Source: Desulfatiglandales bacterium
Lineage (GTDB): Bacteria; Desulfobacterota; DSM-4660; Desulfatiglandales; Desulfatiglandaceae
Length of the DNA stretch: 64,000 nt
NCBI GenBank assembly: GCA_963666345.1
Contig: OY762721.1
Location: 2,432,001-2,496,000 of the forward strand
Direction of reading: 5' to 3'
Shown: positions 30,731-42,765 of the stretch, in pieces
How positions within the stretch are numbered: the stretch's first letter is position 1
How the letters are laid out: each line of letters opens with the position of its first letter
Notes under the pieces: model-generated
Seen by the model: the letters and a program-made list of their open reading frames with translations, nothing else
Told to the model about the DNA's origin: nothing
The model's database searches: none
Made by a program: the position numbers and the translations under genes

Positions 30731-32398
30731 TCAAAATACATAAACGGCAAAAAGCCCGATGATACCGGCAAAACTCACGTAATAGATAAGCGGGATAAAG
30801 GTCTTTCTGATGATAGCCCCCTCGCGTCCCAGCAGTCCAACCGTGGCGCATGCGGCAACCACGTTGTGGACACAGACCATGTTGCCTGCCGCTCCTCCCA
30901 CCGACTGAAGCGCCACAATCATTTCCCTGGCTATGTGAAGATCTGCCGCGACCCGGAACTGGAACAGGGAAAACATCATGTTGCTGACCGTATCGCTTCC
31001 CGCGATAAAGGCTCCCAGAGCGCCGATGGCGCAGGCTATCCCCGGCCACAGCTTTCCAACAAAAGAGGCGGCGCTGTTTGCGAGCACCAGCGGCATGCTG
31101 ATGAAACCATTTGTGTTTACGCCGGAATTTATGAAGATCCTGACCAGCGGGACCGCAAACACCAGGACCGCGCCCGCCTTGAACAGCACGAACAGGGACT
31201 GGCGCCATTCACTGAGCGCTTCGTGTGCTTTCATGCCGAAGATCGGTACGCAGAGCAGAGACACTATTACAAAAAAGAAGCCGGGGATAAAAAAAGGCTG
31301 AAATCCCGCGGAAATATCGGTCCCTAATATATGCGTCCAGGAAAGATTGATTGAACTCAGCCACCCCTTGAAGGGGAGAAAGTTGAGGCGTGTGGCCAGA
31401 AGTAGTATCGAGACCAGGATATACGGAGACCATGCCCTGAGGAGGGTCATGCCCTTCTTCTCGGATCCTATGTCAAAGGATGTCTCCCCCAGCCAGTTTT
31501 TATCCCATTGTGAACGATCTTCAAAATCCCACTCGTCCCGCGGAGTGAATATCTTTTTTTTTGCCAGTATCACCATGATGAAGAGGCCGATCAGTGACCC
31601 TATAAGGGATGGGAACTCGGGGCCGAAAAAATGGGCTGTAAGGGCGTAAGGCAGTGAAAAGGCCGCTCCCGAAGTTATGGCGAATTTCCACACGGCAAGC
31701 CCGTCCCTTATGGATCTGTTTTTGCCGAAAAAGCGGGTCATCAGGCACACCATGATGAGTGGGATGAGTGCCCCGATAATACCGTTTATGATGGCGACCT
31801 TGACTCCGAGTGTATGCAGATACTGGTTGAAGGAGATACCCATGTAGGAAATTTCGGACTGTACCAGGGGCGCGTCCAGCCCGACCCCCAGACCCATGAT
31901 GACGGGGGTGCCGACCGCGCCGAATCCCACACAGGTGCTGTTCGCGATAAGGGCAACCAGAACCGCGGCCATGGCGGGAAAGCCGATAGCCACCAAAAGA
32001 GGCGCCACCACTGCAGCGGGCGTTCCGAACCCGGAGGCGCCTTCTATGAAGCTTCCGAAGAGAAACGCGATGATAATGGCCTGGATGCGGCGGTCGGGTG
32101 AGACCGAAACGAAGTAGCGATTTATGGTGGCCAGGGCCCTGCTTCCCCTCAGGGTATTGAGCAGAAGCACGGCCCCGAATACGATATAGAGAAGAGATGC
32201 CGCGATAATGAGCCCCTGCACGGTGGAGGCGGCTACGTTTGCGAACGGAACCTTCCAATACCAGAGAGCAATGGCGGCGGTTACGAAAAAGGCGATCGGC
32301 ATGGCCCGTAAAGCGGGCATTCTCATGACGACCAGGGCAATGAAAATAACGATGAGCGGTGCTAACGCGCATAGAGTCAACAGCAATTCACCAGACAT
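30731..32398 (-). CDS. L-lactate permease
   Basis: [68 protein letters not shown] before ATG 32398. Confidence 0.92.
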   Translation of the reverse strand: MSGELLLTLCALAPLIVIFIALVVMRMPALRAMPIAFFVTAAIALWYWKVPFANVAASTVQGLIIAASLLYIVFGAVLLLNTLRGSRALATINRYFVSVSPDRRIQAIIIAFLFGSFIEGASGFGTPAAVVAPLLVAIGFPAMAAVLVALIANSTCVGFGAVGTPVIMGLGVGLDAPLVQSEISYMGISFNQYLHTLGVKVAIINGIIGALIPLIMVCLMTRFFGKNRSIRDGLAVWKFAITSGAAFSLPYALTAHFFGPEFPSLIGSLIGLFIMVILAKKKIFTPRDEWDFEDRSQWDKNWLGETSFDIGSEKKGMTLLRAWSPYILVSILLLATRLNFLPFKGWLSSINLSWTHILGTDISAGFQPFFIPGFFFVIVSLLCVPIFGMKAHEALSEWRQSLFVLFKAGAVLVFAVPLVRIFINSGVNTNGFISMPLVLANSAASFVGKLWPGIACAIGALGAFIAGSDTVSNMMFSLFQFRVAADLHIAREMIVALQSVGGAAGNMVCVHNVVAACATVGLLGREGAIIRKTFIPLIYYVSFAGIIGLFAVYVF

Positions 32399-32867
32399 AG
32401 GTCTAAATCTCCATGTATCGGGAATGCCAGCATATGCCATGCAAACCTCGAATACATCGCACCCAAGCCTGTTATGATCGGGCCCAGCTCCTGAGGCCTG
32501 CCCACTGTTATTCCCTGAAAAATTATTCGGTATTTTAATTTTGTCCAGAGCTATCCGGGTATGGCGTAAGCAGGAGAAAAATAGAAGAAGCTATCGAAAT
32601 CGAGGGTTTAACGCCAATGCATAAGGATCAAGACCATATCGAACGAAGCTACTATAGGCCTTTGTATTTATTTGTCAACTCAAAAAAAGAATCGTGATTC
32701 AATTACCTGTATGGAGGGATGAAAAGGCGGCTAAAGAATGAAATTTTGAATAAATTGGGCCGACAAATCAGAGAATAATCTGCCGGCCGATTCTCCAAAA
32801 ACCGATGAGCCTGATAGGCGGGAGATCGGCACGCTAATTTTATCTTGGACACTTTCTCCTGACGGCA

Positions 32868-33296
32868 TCAGGATATCTCGACCAGTTGGATATCAAAAAT
32901 CAGTGTGTGCCCGGCAAGCGGATGGTTTGCATCGAGGGTGACGTTTTGTTCATCAACGGCGCTGATTACGGCATTTATCGGGTTTCCATCCTTTCGCGTC
33001 ATCTGAAGCTGCAAACCGACGGAAGGGGTGATGTTTTCAGGAAATCCACTCTTTTTTATTTCCACCACCAATTCTTCACGCCTTGCCCCGTAGGCATGCT
33101 CAGGTGCGATCGAGATACTTTTGGAATCCCCCTGCTTCATCCCGACTACTCCGGTTTCAAACCCCGGGATCATATCGCCTTCTCCCAGCACGAACATGAG
33201 GGGATCACGGTCTTTTGAAGAGTCAAACACCTCCCCGTTTTCCAGCGTGCCGGTGTAGTGTACTTTTACGGTGTCTCCGTTTTTTGCCTGATCCAT
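32868..33296 (-). CDS. FKBP-type peptidyl-prolyl cis-trans isomerase (SlyD/SlpA-like)
   Basis: GDTVKVHYTGTLENGEVFDSS, IPGFETG, VTLDANHPLAG. Confidence 0.93.
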   Translation of the reverse strand: MDQAKNGDTVKVHYTGTLENGEVFDSSKDRDPLMFVLGEGDMIPGFETGVVGMKQGDSKSISIAPEHAYGARREELVVEIKKSGFPENITPSVGLQLQMTRKDGNPINAVISAVDEQNVTLDANHPLAGHTLIFDIQLVEIS

Positions 33297-33790
33297 GATG
33301 CCTCCTTTGTTGAATCGGTTTCCATCCGTAAACGGCCCTTTTGCCCAATGTCTGCGGCAATCCGCCGTCTGACGAAAAGAATTATGTGATAGAATTTATT
33401 CGACTGAAGTAAAGCCAGGCATGGGAAGGCACGTTGGGGCCCCGGTGAAAACAGCCTGTTTGGACTCGGATGTGACTCTAGACGAAATATATTTGGAGCA
33501 CCCTTTTATGTCAACAAAGGTTTTTGAGCCGTTCCTATGTCTCATCGTTAAGGCACTTCGGGCTATTATAGTATGTCTGAAATCAGATTCAGAAAAACGG
33601 GTCGTTCTTATTTCCCGGCTAATTGAAAAGCGGTTGACAGGAAAATGCTCTGGACTCTAAAATCATTTATCGCAGATATTCGATTTTAGAGAGGGATAAA
33701 TGGGAGGCGGTTAAGTAAGCCTTGGAATCGGTATTGATGCAATGAGTTCGGTGGTGGCTTTAGGTAAGAAGCGGGACTCAGGCAGGGAAA

Positions 33791-34729
33791 ATGGAAATAG
33801 AAAAATCGCCTAATTCGAAAAAAAATACGCATGATTTCAAGGTAATGTCGGCCCGGGCCGGCAGATCCGTGACACTGGTCGGGGCGCTGGTCAATTGCTT
33901 ATTGATTCTGCTCAAATTGTTGACAGGCGTATTCGGCCAGAGCCAGGCCCTTATAGCGGATGCGGTTCACTCCCTCTCAGACCTTATTACAGACGCAGTC
34001 GTTCTGTTCGGCCTGAAGGCCGGCCGAAAGGCACCTGACGAGGGACATCAATTCGGGCATGCCCGCATTGAGACCCTGGCCTCCGCAGTCGTAGGGCTGG
34101 CTCTTATATTAACGGCTTTATATCTTGGGATTGAGGCTGCCCTGAATATCTACAGAAAGACTGAATACTACCCCACTGGTCTTGCCCTGGTTGGGGCAGG
34201 TGTTTCCATAGCCCTTAAAGAGGTCCTGTATCATTACACGATACATGCCGGACGGCGGATCAAAAGCCGGCTTGTTGTGGCCAACGCGTGGCACCATCGC
34301 TCGGACGCGCTTTCCTCCGTGGCGGTCTTACTGGGTGTGGCGGGGACGCTGATCAACCCTTCCTGGCACATACTCGACTCCTTTGCCGCCCTTTTGGTGT
34401 CGTTTTTCATAGTAAAAGTCGGCGTTGATGTTCTCAGGGGCAGTCTCCGGGAATTTACAGATACCGCCCCTCCGCCGGAAATACTGGATAAGATCAGAGA
34501 CTGCGCCCGGAGTGTGGATGGGGTATTCGATATGCATGATCTCAGGGTCAGGACCTCGGGCGGTCTTTACCAGATGGAAACTCACATAGTAGTCGACGGC
34601 CGGCTGACCGTGGCTGAGGGGCATAGAATCGCAAAGGTGGTGGAGAGCTGCCTGTATGAAGAAATCGATGATCTTGACCGGGTCATAGTCCACGTGGACC
34701 CGGTAAGCGAGGATGAAAACTCCGAATAA
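33791..34729 (+). CDS. Cation diffusion facilitator family transporter
   Basis: SQALIADAVHSLSD, HQFGHARIE, ANAWHHRSDALSS, HIVVD...VHVDP. Confidence 0.93.
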   Translation: MEIEKSPNSKKNTHDFKVMSARAGRSVTLVGALVNCLLILLKLLTGVFGQSQALIADAVHSLSDLITDAVVLFGLKAGRKAPDEGHQFGHARIETLASAVVGLALILTALYLGIEAALNIYRKTEYYPTGLALVGAGVSIALKEVLYHYTIHAGRRIKSRLVVANAWHHRSDALSSVAVLLGVAGTLINPSWHILDSFAALLVSFFIVKVGVDVLRGSLREFTDTAPPPEILDKIRDCARSVDGVFDMHDLRVRTSGGLYQMETHIVVDGRLTVAEGHRIAKVVESCLYEEIDDLDRVIVHVDPVSEDENSE

Positions 34730-34732
34730 AAT

Positions 34733-34755
34733 ACCCCGCCGGGGAACAGCGGGGT
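34733..34755. terminator. Stem-loop between the CDF gene and the convergent pntB relic
   Basis: ACCCCGC-N9-GCGGGGT; no clear T run. Confidence 0.45.
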
Positions 34756-34800
34756 GTCAATCGATCCATGCCCGGCCTTCAATCATTTTGCCTGCGCAAA

Positions 34801-35201
34801 TTAGGCGGAAATAAGCTTAATAAGGGCCTCTGTACTCTTTTTGGCATCCCCAAAAATCAGGAGTGTCTGTTTTTCCCGGTATAAGGGGTTTTCCACGCCC
34901 GAATATCCCGGATTTTCATCCAGATTGAGTACCAGCACGTGTCTGGCCTGATGGGCCATGAGGATCGGCATGCCTGAGAGGGTGTGCCTTCGGTCTCAAT
35001 GGCCGCCGGGTTGACCACGTCGCATGCGCCGACTATCATTGCCGGATCGGTATCCTTGAACCGCGGGTTGATCTCATCCATCTCGATCAGTTTGTCGTAG
35101 GAGACCTCAGCCTCTGCCGAAAGCACGTTCATGTGGCCGGGCAACCATGCCGTAACCGGGTATGATGATGATACGGTTTGAAGACCTCAGAAGTTCAGCC
35201 G
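34801..35201 (-). pseudogene. pntB: Degraded copy of the pntB 3' end (NADP-binding domain)
   Basis: Near-identical to 53535-54031, with an internal deletion of about 100 bp, a frameshift near 34980 and no 5' part. Confidence 0.92.
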
Positions 35202-35235
35202 TCCGAAAAAACAGAATAGAAAGTATACCTAAGAG

Positions 35236-36432
35236 CTAAACGTTCAAGATCCGGGGCTCAAAGCCTATTTCGGCAAAATTTTGTTTGATTTCGCTTTCAT
35301 ATATGGGGTTCATGACAAGAACAAAATCGGGTCTATAGCGGGTAAGAAAAGTGGGTGGAACAATCCTCTGTCCTGTTCCTGCAATATACATATCCTGCTT
35401 GCGGGGATTAATATCAACCACATACTCGATCTGGTCCCGTACTTTGAGCGTGTTTAATAACGAAACCCCCTTGGATCCTGCTCCCCATATCACCGCCCTT
35501 TGACCTTTATTCGCGATTCGCCCGAGTCTGTCTTGGCATGCCTTAACCCTGCCGGCATATTTTTCCGGAAAAGCCTCTATCTCGCGGGCAATTATATCAG
35601 GGGCCTCCGGCTTGTCCCGGTTAAGATCCGCCCGGCTTTCAGATGGAAATGCCTCAATGGAGAGAAACTGACCTCCAAAGTCCTCGGCGGTTTTGCGGAC
35701 TGAAAAACCGGATTCCAGGAATGCGCGTTTAAGGGAACATCTGCTGAAATATGAGCAGTGTTCATATATGATGTCCCACACGGAGAGATCTTTCAGGATG
35801 AAGAGGCTGTTCGGAACCTCGAAGAATACCTTAATAGAAAGCCTGTTGCCGATTGTTCGACGGATTGTGGCAAGAAAATCCAACGGTTCGTGAATATGTT
35901 CCAGGACCTGTCGGCAGCAAATAAGGTCCGCGTTGTGCCGGGCATATTTTTTCGAATAGAAATCCCGAATAAAAGTGATTTTCTCTGCGGTTTTGTCGAG
36001 GTTCGGCTTCCCTTCGAGGCTCCGGTCAAAACCGGTGCCGCGGTTTGAACCTGATTCGCATAAAAGGGTCAGGAATTCTCCGTTCCCACAGCCTATTTCA
36101 ATAATGTCCTTGTCGCGCAGGTCATAGGTCTCAATCAGTCTGGAAGCCAGGGAAACGGCATATTTTTGAAAACGCGGGGAAAAGTGAAGCGAGTTTTCAT
36201 AATCCCGGGTATATTTCATAAGGGCAGGATCGAATAGAGTATTGAATATGTGCCCGCATTCTCCGCAGAAACCCAGGCGGATATCCCCCCTGGGCGCGTT
36301 AAGGGCCTCATCGCGCGTCGGCCAGAGCAGATTGCAGTGACAGGGCATACGGGATATCTCAATGAAGGCGGTAACATCGGATGAATTGCAGACCGGGCAG
36401 GTGTTTTGAGAATCACGCATGCTGCTTATCAT
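35236..36432 (-). CDS. SAM-dependent methyltransferase, NDP-sugar C-methyltransferase-like
   Basis: CPVC/CGEC zinc site, IIEIGCGNG, QVLEHI, IIYEHCSYF, IWGAGSKG, VVDINPRKQ. Confidence 0.85.
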   Translation of the reverse strand: MISSMRDSQNTCPVCNSSDVTAFIEISRMPCHCNLLWPTRDEALNAPRGDIRLGFCGECGHIFNTLFDPALMKYTRDYENSLHFSPRFQKYAVSLASRLIETYDLRDKDIIEIGCGNGEFLTLLCESGSNRGTGFDRSLEGKPNLDKTAEKITFIRDFYSKKYARHNADLICCRQVLEHIHEPLDFLATIRRTIGNRLSIKVFFEVPNSLFILKDLSVWDIIYEHCSYFSRCSLKRAFLESGFSVRKTAEDFGGQFLSIEAFPSESRADLNRDKPEAPDIIAREIEAFPEKYAGRVKACQDRLGRIANKGQRAVIWGAGSKGVSLLNTLKVRDQIEYVVDINPRKQDMYIAGTGQRIVPPTFLTRYRPDFVLVMNPIYESEIKQNFAEIGFEPRILNV

Positions 36433-36463
36433 TTGATTTTTATCCTCTTGACGGCCTTCACGG

Positions 36464-37666
36464 TCAGGCCGTGATGAGTTCAGGGTCCAGACCCATTCCG
36501 ATAAGGTTCTTCCGGATTTCTTCAAGGTAAACCGGGTTCATAACAATAACAAGGTCCGGTTTATATTTCGGCAGGAAGTCAGGCGTCACGATCTTATGCC
36601 CTGTTCCCGCCGTATATGTGCCGTTTTTATGTGGATTAATATCAACCACATATTGAATTTCCTCATGAATATTGAGGGTTGTCAGAAATGCAACGCCCTT
36701 TGATCCACCTCCCCAGATAACCGATCTCTTACCCTGTTTTTTCATTTGCCTCAATTTTAAATTCCAAACATCAATCTTTTTCAAACAGTTTTCTGAGAAA
36801 CACTCCACATCGTGTTTCATTTCCTCCAAATCGTTTTCCAGCACCGGGGCGGGTGTCTTGATTTCTCTGCCCGGCCTGGCCGCGATCATAAGATATTGAT
36901 CATCATAGTTTCTCCAGAGATCAATTATATCGAAACCACATCTTTCAAAAAGGCGGCGCAGAGAAGCCGTGCTGAAGTAGGAACAGTGCTCATAGTAGAT
37001 ATCCCAGAATGCCGCTTCCCTGAGAATACGGACCGCATCGGGAACCTGGAAAAAGACCAGTCCGTCGGGGTGTCCGCCCAGAGGATGTCGCGCTAGCCTG
37101 AGAAAATCGGCCGTGTTCCTGATATGCTCAAGCGTCATCTTGCAGCAGATAAAATCAGCCCTGTACCCGGCATATTTTTCACTGTAAAAGTCTTTTATGA
37201 AAGCGGTTCGCTCCGAGTCTTTGCCGGGACTCCGGCCGTATACGTAGGCGGGATCAAAACCTATGCCACGATTTTTCCCCAGCTCGCAGAGCAGAGTAAG
37301 AAAGTCACCTTTTCCGCAGCCGATTTCAATAATGTCTTTGTCGTGAAGCCCGAAACGTTCAATCAGACGCAGGGCCAGGTTCAGGTGAAAGCTGTTAAAT
37401 GTGGAAGAGAATGCCTGGTTCTCTTCATAACTTGACGAATACTTTTGTGTGCCTGTGTCAAACGCCACGTTGGAGATAAAGCCGCAGCTTCCACAGAATC
37501 CCAGTTTGATATCACCCCTGGCACAGGCTAAGGCAGCTTCTCGTGTATGCAGGAGCATTACACTGTGCACCGGTACGGCCTTTATCTCGTAAAAGACCGA
37601 CATGCCAGGCGAACCGCAGTTGGGGCATGTGTAATTTGTTGAGACTGTCGAAATGATGTCAGCCAT
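36464..37666 (-). CDS. SAM-dependent methyltransferase, NDP-sugar C-methyltransferase-like (paralog)
   Basis: CPNC/CGSC, IIEIGCGKG, TLEHI, IYYEHCSYF, WGGGSKG. Confidence 0.85.
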   Translation of the reverse strand: MADIISTVSTNYTCPNCGSPGMSVFYEIKAVPVHSVMLLHTREAALACARGDIKLGFCGSCGFISNVAFDTGTQKYSSSYEENQAFSSTFNSFHLNLALRLIERFGLHDKDIIEIGCGKGDFLTLLCELGKNRGIGFDPAYVYGRSPGKDSERTAFIKDFYSEKYAGYRADFICCKMTLEHIRNTADFLRLARHPLGGHPDGLVFFQVPDAVRILREAAFWDIYYEHCSYFSTASLRRLFERCGFDIIDLWRNYDDQYLMIAARPGREIKTPAPVLENDLEEMKHDVECFSENCLKKIDVWNLKLRQMKKQGKRSVIWGGGSKGVAFLTTLNIHEEIQYVVDINPHKNGTYTAGTGHKIVTPDFLPKYKPDLVIVMNPVYLEEIRKNLIGMGLDPELITA

Positions 37667-37669
37667 ATC

Positions 37670-38809
37670 TTATTCCGGTTTCAAAGGCGATTCTTTTTCT
37701 ATAGGCAAAACGGTCACATTCCCGAAGGTCATATCCACATGGTGAGCTACCAGCAGAAAAGAACCCTGGGCAGGATTGGGATTTCCGGCCAGTTTCCGGA
37801 GCATCCAGCCTTTGGGTTCAGCCTCTGAAACATCTTGCCAGAGCTTAAGCCGGTAAAGATTACCGGTGCGGATTGTCTCAACACGCACTTTGAACCAGTA
37901 GGTCCTTTCCGTGTCAAGCAGAAGATCAATGATCTCAGTGGATGTAGAAGGCGGGCTGGTGATGATACGAAGGCCGTTGTCTCTGTTTCGTCTGAACTTG
38001 TACCAGTTTGATCCTCCGATGGGCTCCCAGCCGCAGTGCGGCTGGGAGCAGGTCACTGGTGAATCGGTATGTCCCAACCAGTGCAGGTTTATACCGAAAC
38101 TGGGACCAATGCTTATGGACGATTCATAAGCGGAGGTATCAACGGCATGAATGACAAAAGGTACTGTAACCTCGTAATCTTCCCAGTTCATATCACCGAT
38201 GGCAATTGCCCGGTCATACCCTACATGTTGCGGATGAGTTCTAATACCATTGCCGTCAGCAATCCAAAGCCCATCCAAGATCTGTATGGCCTCCTGTATG
38301 TTGGCGACATGACTCCATTCAATGCGGTACGGCAGGGGCCGGTAATTTTCCCTGTACTCAATCAGAACTGTGAAAACGGCCTGGTTCCTGATTTTATCAG
38401 TTGCCTTGATAAACACCTCATTCAGCCCGCTTTTTAATTCGTCCTTATCTATTTCGATGTTGAAATCACCGGGGGCAATCAGGCGGCGACGATCAGGGCC
38501 TATTGTGAGGCTGTTTTCCTTTCCGCCGTTGAGGGAAAATTTCAGGTTCTCGATGCCGTCCGGATCCGAGACGTTGCCAAGAATATTTATCCATCGTTGC
38601 GGCACACCCGATCTGCCAAAAACCTGGTGGGACCCGTACCAGATATTTAATACCGGATCAGAATTTTTCAAATGTGATGAAAGATCGGTAACGGGATCGC
38701 CTTTCATCGTGCCCGCGCAGGCTGCTGCCGGGAATAGGAGACGAAACAATATGACAAAAGCCGCAGCCAATATCACATAAATTACTATATGCCTTTTTAG
38801 AAATGCCAT
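37670..38809 (-). CDS. Exported beta-rich hypothetical protein (Ig-like plus lectin-like fold suspected)
   Basis: N-terminal hydrophobic segment; Trp/Gly-rich beta-strand pattern (WEDYEVTV, YRLKLW). Confidence 0.6.
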   Translation of the reverse strand: MAFLKRHIVIYVILAAAFVILFRLLFPAAACAGTMKGDPVTDLSSHLKNSDPVLNIWYGSHQVFGRSGVPQRWINILGNVSDPDGIENLKFSLNGGKENSLTIGPDRRRLIAPGDFNIEIDKDELKSGLNEVFIKATDKIRNQAVFTVLIEYRENYRPLPYRIEWSHVANIQEAIQILDGLWIADGNGIRTHPQHVGYDRAIAIGDMNWEDYEVTVPFVIHAVDTSAYESSISIGPSFGINLHWLGHTDSPVTCSQPHCGWEPIGGSNWYKFRRNRDNGLRIITSPPSTSTEIIDLLLDTERTYWFKVRVETIRTGNLYRLKLWQDVSEAEPKGWMLRKLAGNPNPAQGSFLLVAHHVDMTFGNVTVLPIEKESPLKPE

Positions 38810-39669
38810 GATTCACCATATCCGAGCGCCTCCAGAAGATCTCCGGTCTTCCGCCTGAAATAGTTCTCAATAGAACTGTCGAAGTAATTTTTCCAGTCTC
38901 CTGATATACCTTTACGGTAGTGGGAGTGTTGATCTTCAACACCCTGTTTGCGTAGCCCTGAATGTTTCTCAAACCTATGCCTGCCGTACAGGGACAGGAG
39001 CTTATCTTCAGGCATCAGAATATTCAGATAATCGAAGAGCTGTTTCAAAAAGGCAAGATTGTCACGGGACAGATCCTCATATCGAAAGATCCTGATTTTT
39101 TCTGTGTCTTTATCAGCATTGATCCATGACCTTTGCGCTTCAAATGATCCCCACTCATCCAGCCTGTCAATCATGTATTTCATGCCCTCATGAAAATTCA
39201 TTTTCTGCAGGTCTTTCCTAAGATCCGGGATAGGGTCTATCGGTACGTGAGAGAATCTCGCGGAGAAATACCAGGAAACAATGATATCGCGCGGGTCCCT
39301 TAAAATGAAGAATGTTTTATATGCCGATGGTTTCGGGATAGTAAGGTAAGCGGAATAGCCGATGTAGAGATGAACTCCGATTGTCCTTGAGGGCAAAGGT
39401 CCGGAAAAAGAGGCGTAATTTAACCCCAACTGAACGTAGGGCAATACATTGAGACCCGTGTATTTGAGTACTGTCGGGTCACTTAATATGGCACGAAGCC
39501 ATTGACTGGCTGTTTTCTGTGTGCAGCAGTGATAGATATTTTCATAGGGTGATTTTCTTAACACCTTGACGCAATTTGATCGAAAGCGTCTGCACATCTC
39601 ATATAGGCGTATTGCCCCTTTGATGCCTCCAAGTTTGCGTCTGAGTCTGATTGCGACAGAGGTAAACAT
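38797..39669 (-). CDS. Sulfotransferase domain-containing protein
   Basis: 5'-PSB-like QKTASQWL, 3'-PB RDPRDIIVSWYFS, RYEDL, YRKGISGDWKNYF. Confidence 0.9.
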   Translation of the reverse strand: MFTSVAIRLRRKLGGIKGAIRLYEMCRRFRSNCVKVLRKSPYENIYHCCTQKTASQWLRAILSDPTVLKYTGLNVLPYVQLGLNYASFSGPLPSRTIGVHLYIGYSAYLTIPKPSAYKTFFILRDPRDIIVSWYFSARFSHVPIDPIPDLRKDLQKMNFHEGMKYMIDRLDEWGSFEAQRSWINADKDTEKIRIFRYEDLSRDNLAFLKQLFDYLNILMPEDKLLSLYGRHRFEKHSGLRKQGVEDQHSHYRKGISGDWKNYFDSSIENYFRRKTGDLLEALGYGESWHF

Positions 39670-39681
39670 ATGAATCCGCTC

Positions 39682-40914
39682 CTAAACAATCCTGGGCTGA
39701 GGGAGAGGTATGATAAATTTTCCACCCTGTTTCCGGTATTCGGATTGCTCCCGCAGGATCTCTTTCTCAAAATTCCAGGCTAGAAGCAAAACGAAGTCGG
39801 GCATCTTATCTTTCAGCCTTGCAGGCGGAAATATGGGCAGATGATTGCCTCCCATGTAAAGGCCGTGCTTGACGGAGTTCAGGTCAACCACATAATCTAT
39901 CATATCCCTGTCAATTCCTATGTAGCTCAACAGGGTGGTTGCCTTGGCTGCGGCCCCGTAAGCCGCTATGCTCCTGCCTTCCTGTTTCAGACCCCGTAAG
40001 AGTTCCATCAGGGAATCGCGTGTATTGCGGACTCGTTCAGCAAAAGCAAAATAATAAGGCATCCTGTCTATCTGTTTGTCTTTTTCGATTTTTTTCAGCA
40101 GGCGGACGGTTTCACTGACATCCTTCCTGTGTCTCACGTAAAGGCGCAATGAACCGCCATGTATGGAGAGCTGTTTTATGTCGTTTAAAAAGAGATGGTG
40201 CCTTTCAAACAGACGGTCCAGCGCGGTAACGGAAAAATAGCAGAGATGCTGATGGTAAATCGTGTCAAATTCGCATTTTTCCATCAGATCAACTACGTAG
40301 GGCACTTCAATTACCGCGATTCCCGTTTTTTTAAGGATATTCCGAATGCCTTCCACAAAGCCGTTAAGATCCGGGACATGGGCCAGGACGTTGTTGGCGA
40401 TGACAATATCCGCGCGATACCCCTTCTCCCGGAGATTTTTAGAAAATTCTTTGTCAAAAAATCTGCAAAAGGTCTTGATTCCCTTTTCCCGTGCCGCCTC
40501 AGAAGGCCCTCCAGCTGGATCAATACCAAGAACGGGTATGCCCCTGTCCGCAAAATTCTTCAGCATATACCCGTCATTGCTGGCTATTTCGATAACCAGG
40601 CTTTCAGTGTTAAGTTTTTCTGACTTGATCAGGTCCTCCGCGTTTTCTTTTGAATGTTGAAGAAGCGTATTAGAGACGGAAGAGAAATAAGGGTATTTTT
40701 CATCAAAGAGAATTTCCGGGGGCACTGTTTCGGTAATCTGTACCAGTGTGCACGCGGGGCAGAAAACCAGATCCAGGGGAGCGGTAAGTTCGGGTTTGTT
40801 TAATTGTTCCGATGTGAGCAGCCGGTCGGCCAGAGGTGTGCGGCCAAAGGAGATGATTGATTTAAGGCCGGTAAGTCCGCATGAGCGGCAGGTTAGGTCG
40901 GATACGATCGGCAT
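39682..40914 (-). CDS. NDP-hexose C-methyltransferase-like SAM-dependent methyltransferase
   Basis: [65 protein letters not shown]. Confidence 0.9.
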   Translation of the reverse strand: MPIVSDLTCRSCGLTGLKSIISFGRTPLADRLLTSEQLNKPELTAPLDLVFCPACTLVQITETVPPEILFDEKYPYFSSVSNTLLQHSKENAEDLIKSEKLNTESLVIEIASNDGYMLKNFADRGIPVLGIDPAGGPSEAAREKGIKTFCRFFDKEFSKNLREKGYRADIVIANNVLAHVPDLNGFVEGIRNILKKTGIAVIEVPYVVDLMEKCEFDTIYHQHLCYFSVTALDRLFERHHLFLNDIKQLSIHGGSLRLYVRHRKDVSETVRLLKKIEKDKQIDRMPYYFAFAERVRNTRDSLMELLRGLKQEGRSIAAYGAAAKATTLLSYIGIDRDMIDYVVDLNSVKHGLYMGGNHLPIFPPARLKDKMPDFVLLLAWNFEKEILREQSEYRKQGGKFIIPLPQPRIV

Positions 40915-40933
40915 ATATTTTTCAGGGTTACCT

Positions 40934-41980
40934 CTAACTCTTGAGAGGCCTTCCCTGTCCTTTCCAGCGCAGAGTGCTGTCCAGAAGGCCTTCATTCAGA
41001 AGCTTCTTGACATGATCAATGCGCTTGTATCGCGGTCCCTCGAAATCTTCCAGACGAATAGATGTTTTCTTATAAGCTTCGTATAGTTGTCTGGCCCCCC
41101 GGCGGGCGTTCCACCTGGGCTTGAATTCGGGAACGAGCGTTGCGAGTTTGCCGCAATCAACTCTATAGCACCTTTTGTCAGGGCCGGCGTCTCCGGCATA
41201 TTCTATCCGGCAGTCAGGTACGGTTTTTTTCACTATCTCGGCCAGTTCTATGATCTGATAGTTCTCCCCTGTATCACCCACATTAATGGCCTGATTGTGA
41301 ACCGTTTCCCGCCGTGCTTTAAGCACTGCCGCAAAGGCGTTTGATATGTCTTCCACATGCACGATCGGACGCCAGGGAGTGCCGTCGCTTTTCAGGTGCA
41401 CATTGCCGGTGGTAAATGCCCAGGCCACCAGATTGTTGAGCACGAGGTCAAAACGTAAATTCGGTGATACGCCGTAAGCGGTGCCGCTTCTAAGAAAGGT
41501 GGGGCTGAAACGGGAGTCGGCCAGCCTTGATATGTCCTGCTCAACCAGTACCTTTGAGCGGGCATAGGGCGTTACCGGACAAAGATCCGTCTCCTCATTC
41601 AGGAATTCATTCCCGGCCGCTCCATAGTTGCTGCAAGAAGATGAAAAAAGGAACCGCTTGACCCCGACTTTTTTTGCCATCCCGGCCAGGCGGACAGCGG
41701 CATGGTAATTGATTTCATAGGTCAATGTCGGATTCAGATTCCCCAGGGGATCATTTGATAAACCTGCCAGATGTACTACCGCTTCAAATCCCTCCAGATC
41801 AGAGGCCTGGATGTCCCGAATGTCTTTTTTTACGTAAGGGATTTCACGGCCGGGTCTTCCAAAGGTGCATTCCTCAAACAGATTACTGTCCAGGCCCTTT
41901 ACCGTATGGCCCTCTTCTAGAAGGATCGGGACCAGAACTGTTCCTATATAACCTTTGTGGCCGGTTACCAGTATGCGCAT
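40934..41980 (-). CDS. NAD-dependent epimerase/dehydratase
   Basis: [42 protein letters not shown]. Confidence 0.92.
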   Translation of the reverse strand: MRILVTGHKGYIGTVLVPILLEEGHTVKGLDSNLFEECTFGRPGREIPYVKKDIRDIQASDLEGFEAVVHLAGLSNDPLGNLNPTLTYEINYHAAVRLAGMAKKVGVKRFLFSSSCSNYGAAGNEFLNEETDLCPVTPYARSKVLVEQDISRLADSRFSPTFLRSGTAYGVSPNLRFDLVLNNLVAWAFTTGNVHLKSDGTPWRPIVHVEDISNAFAAVLKARRETVHNQAINVGDTGENYQIIELAEIVKKTVPDCRIEYAGDAGPDKRCYRVDCGKLATLVPEFKPRWNARRGARQLYEAYKKTSIRLEDFEGPRYKRIDHVKKLLNEGLLDSTLRWKGQGRPLKS

Positions 41981-41984
41981 GCGG

Positions 41985-42752
41985 TTACTCCCAGGTTTTC
42001 CATGGTGCATTGCCACTTTGCCAGAGTTCTTCCAATAAATACCTGTCGTGGACTGTGTCCATGCATTGCCAGAAACCGGTGTGACGGTATGCCATGAGTT
42101 GTCCTTCTTCGGCCAGCCTTTCCAGCGGCTCTCTCTCCCACTGGGTGTCATCACCACTAATATAGTCAAGCACCAGCGGCTCCAGCACAAAAAAAGCGCC
42201 GTTGATCCAGATATCTTTTAAAAGGGGTTTTTCAGAAAATTTCAGGACTCGATCCCCGTCCAGTTTGACATGGCCGAACCGCTCCGGCGGATGCACCGCG
42301 GTCAGAGTCGCTGCTTTACCGTGAGAACGATGGAAGGCCAGCAGTTCGTTCAGGTTGACATCGGAAAGGCCGTCGCACCAGGTCAGCATAAAGGTCTCGT
42401 TATCCAGATAGGGCTCCAGTCGTTTGATTCGACCGCCGGTCTGGGTTGAGATACCCGTGTCCACCGGTTCGGCACTGCAACCGGGAAGGCTGGTCGCTTG
42501 CGTTTTTTTATCACCGGGCTGTATATCGTCTGAAAGATATGTATCCTTAGAGCAGTAGTCCATATACGTCTTTATCATGCCGCCTTTGTATCCCAGCGCG
42601 ATTACAAAGTCCTTGAAACCGGAATTTGAGTAGTGCTTAAGTATATGCCATATGATGGGCAGCCCTCCGATTTCAACCATGGCCTTGGGCCTATCTTTAG
42701 TCTCTTCGGAGATACGCTTTCCGCGGCCTCCCGCGAGGATGGCTACTTTCAC
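41985..42752 (-). CDS. rfbF: Glucose-1-phosphate cytidylyltransferase
   Basis: ILAGGRGKRISEET..RPKAMVEIGG, TQTGGRIKRL, WINGAFFV, GFWQCMDT, APWKTW. Confidence 0.9.
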   Translation of the reverse strand: MKVAILAGGRGKRISEETKDRPKAMVEIGGLPIIWHILKHYSNSGFKDFVIALGYKGGMIKTYMDYCSKDTYLSDDIQPGDKKTQATSLPGCSAEPVDTGISTQTGGRIKRLEPYLDNETFMLTWCDGLSDVNLNELLAFHRSHGKAATLTAVHPPERFGHVKLDGDRVLKFSEKPLLKDIWINGAFFVLEPLVLDYISGDDTQWEREPLERLAEEGQLMAYRHTGFWQCMDTVHDRYLLEELWQSGNAPWKTWE

Positions 42753-42765
42753 TTTTTTCTCCTAA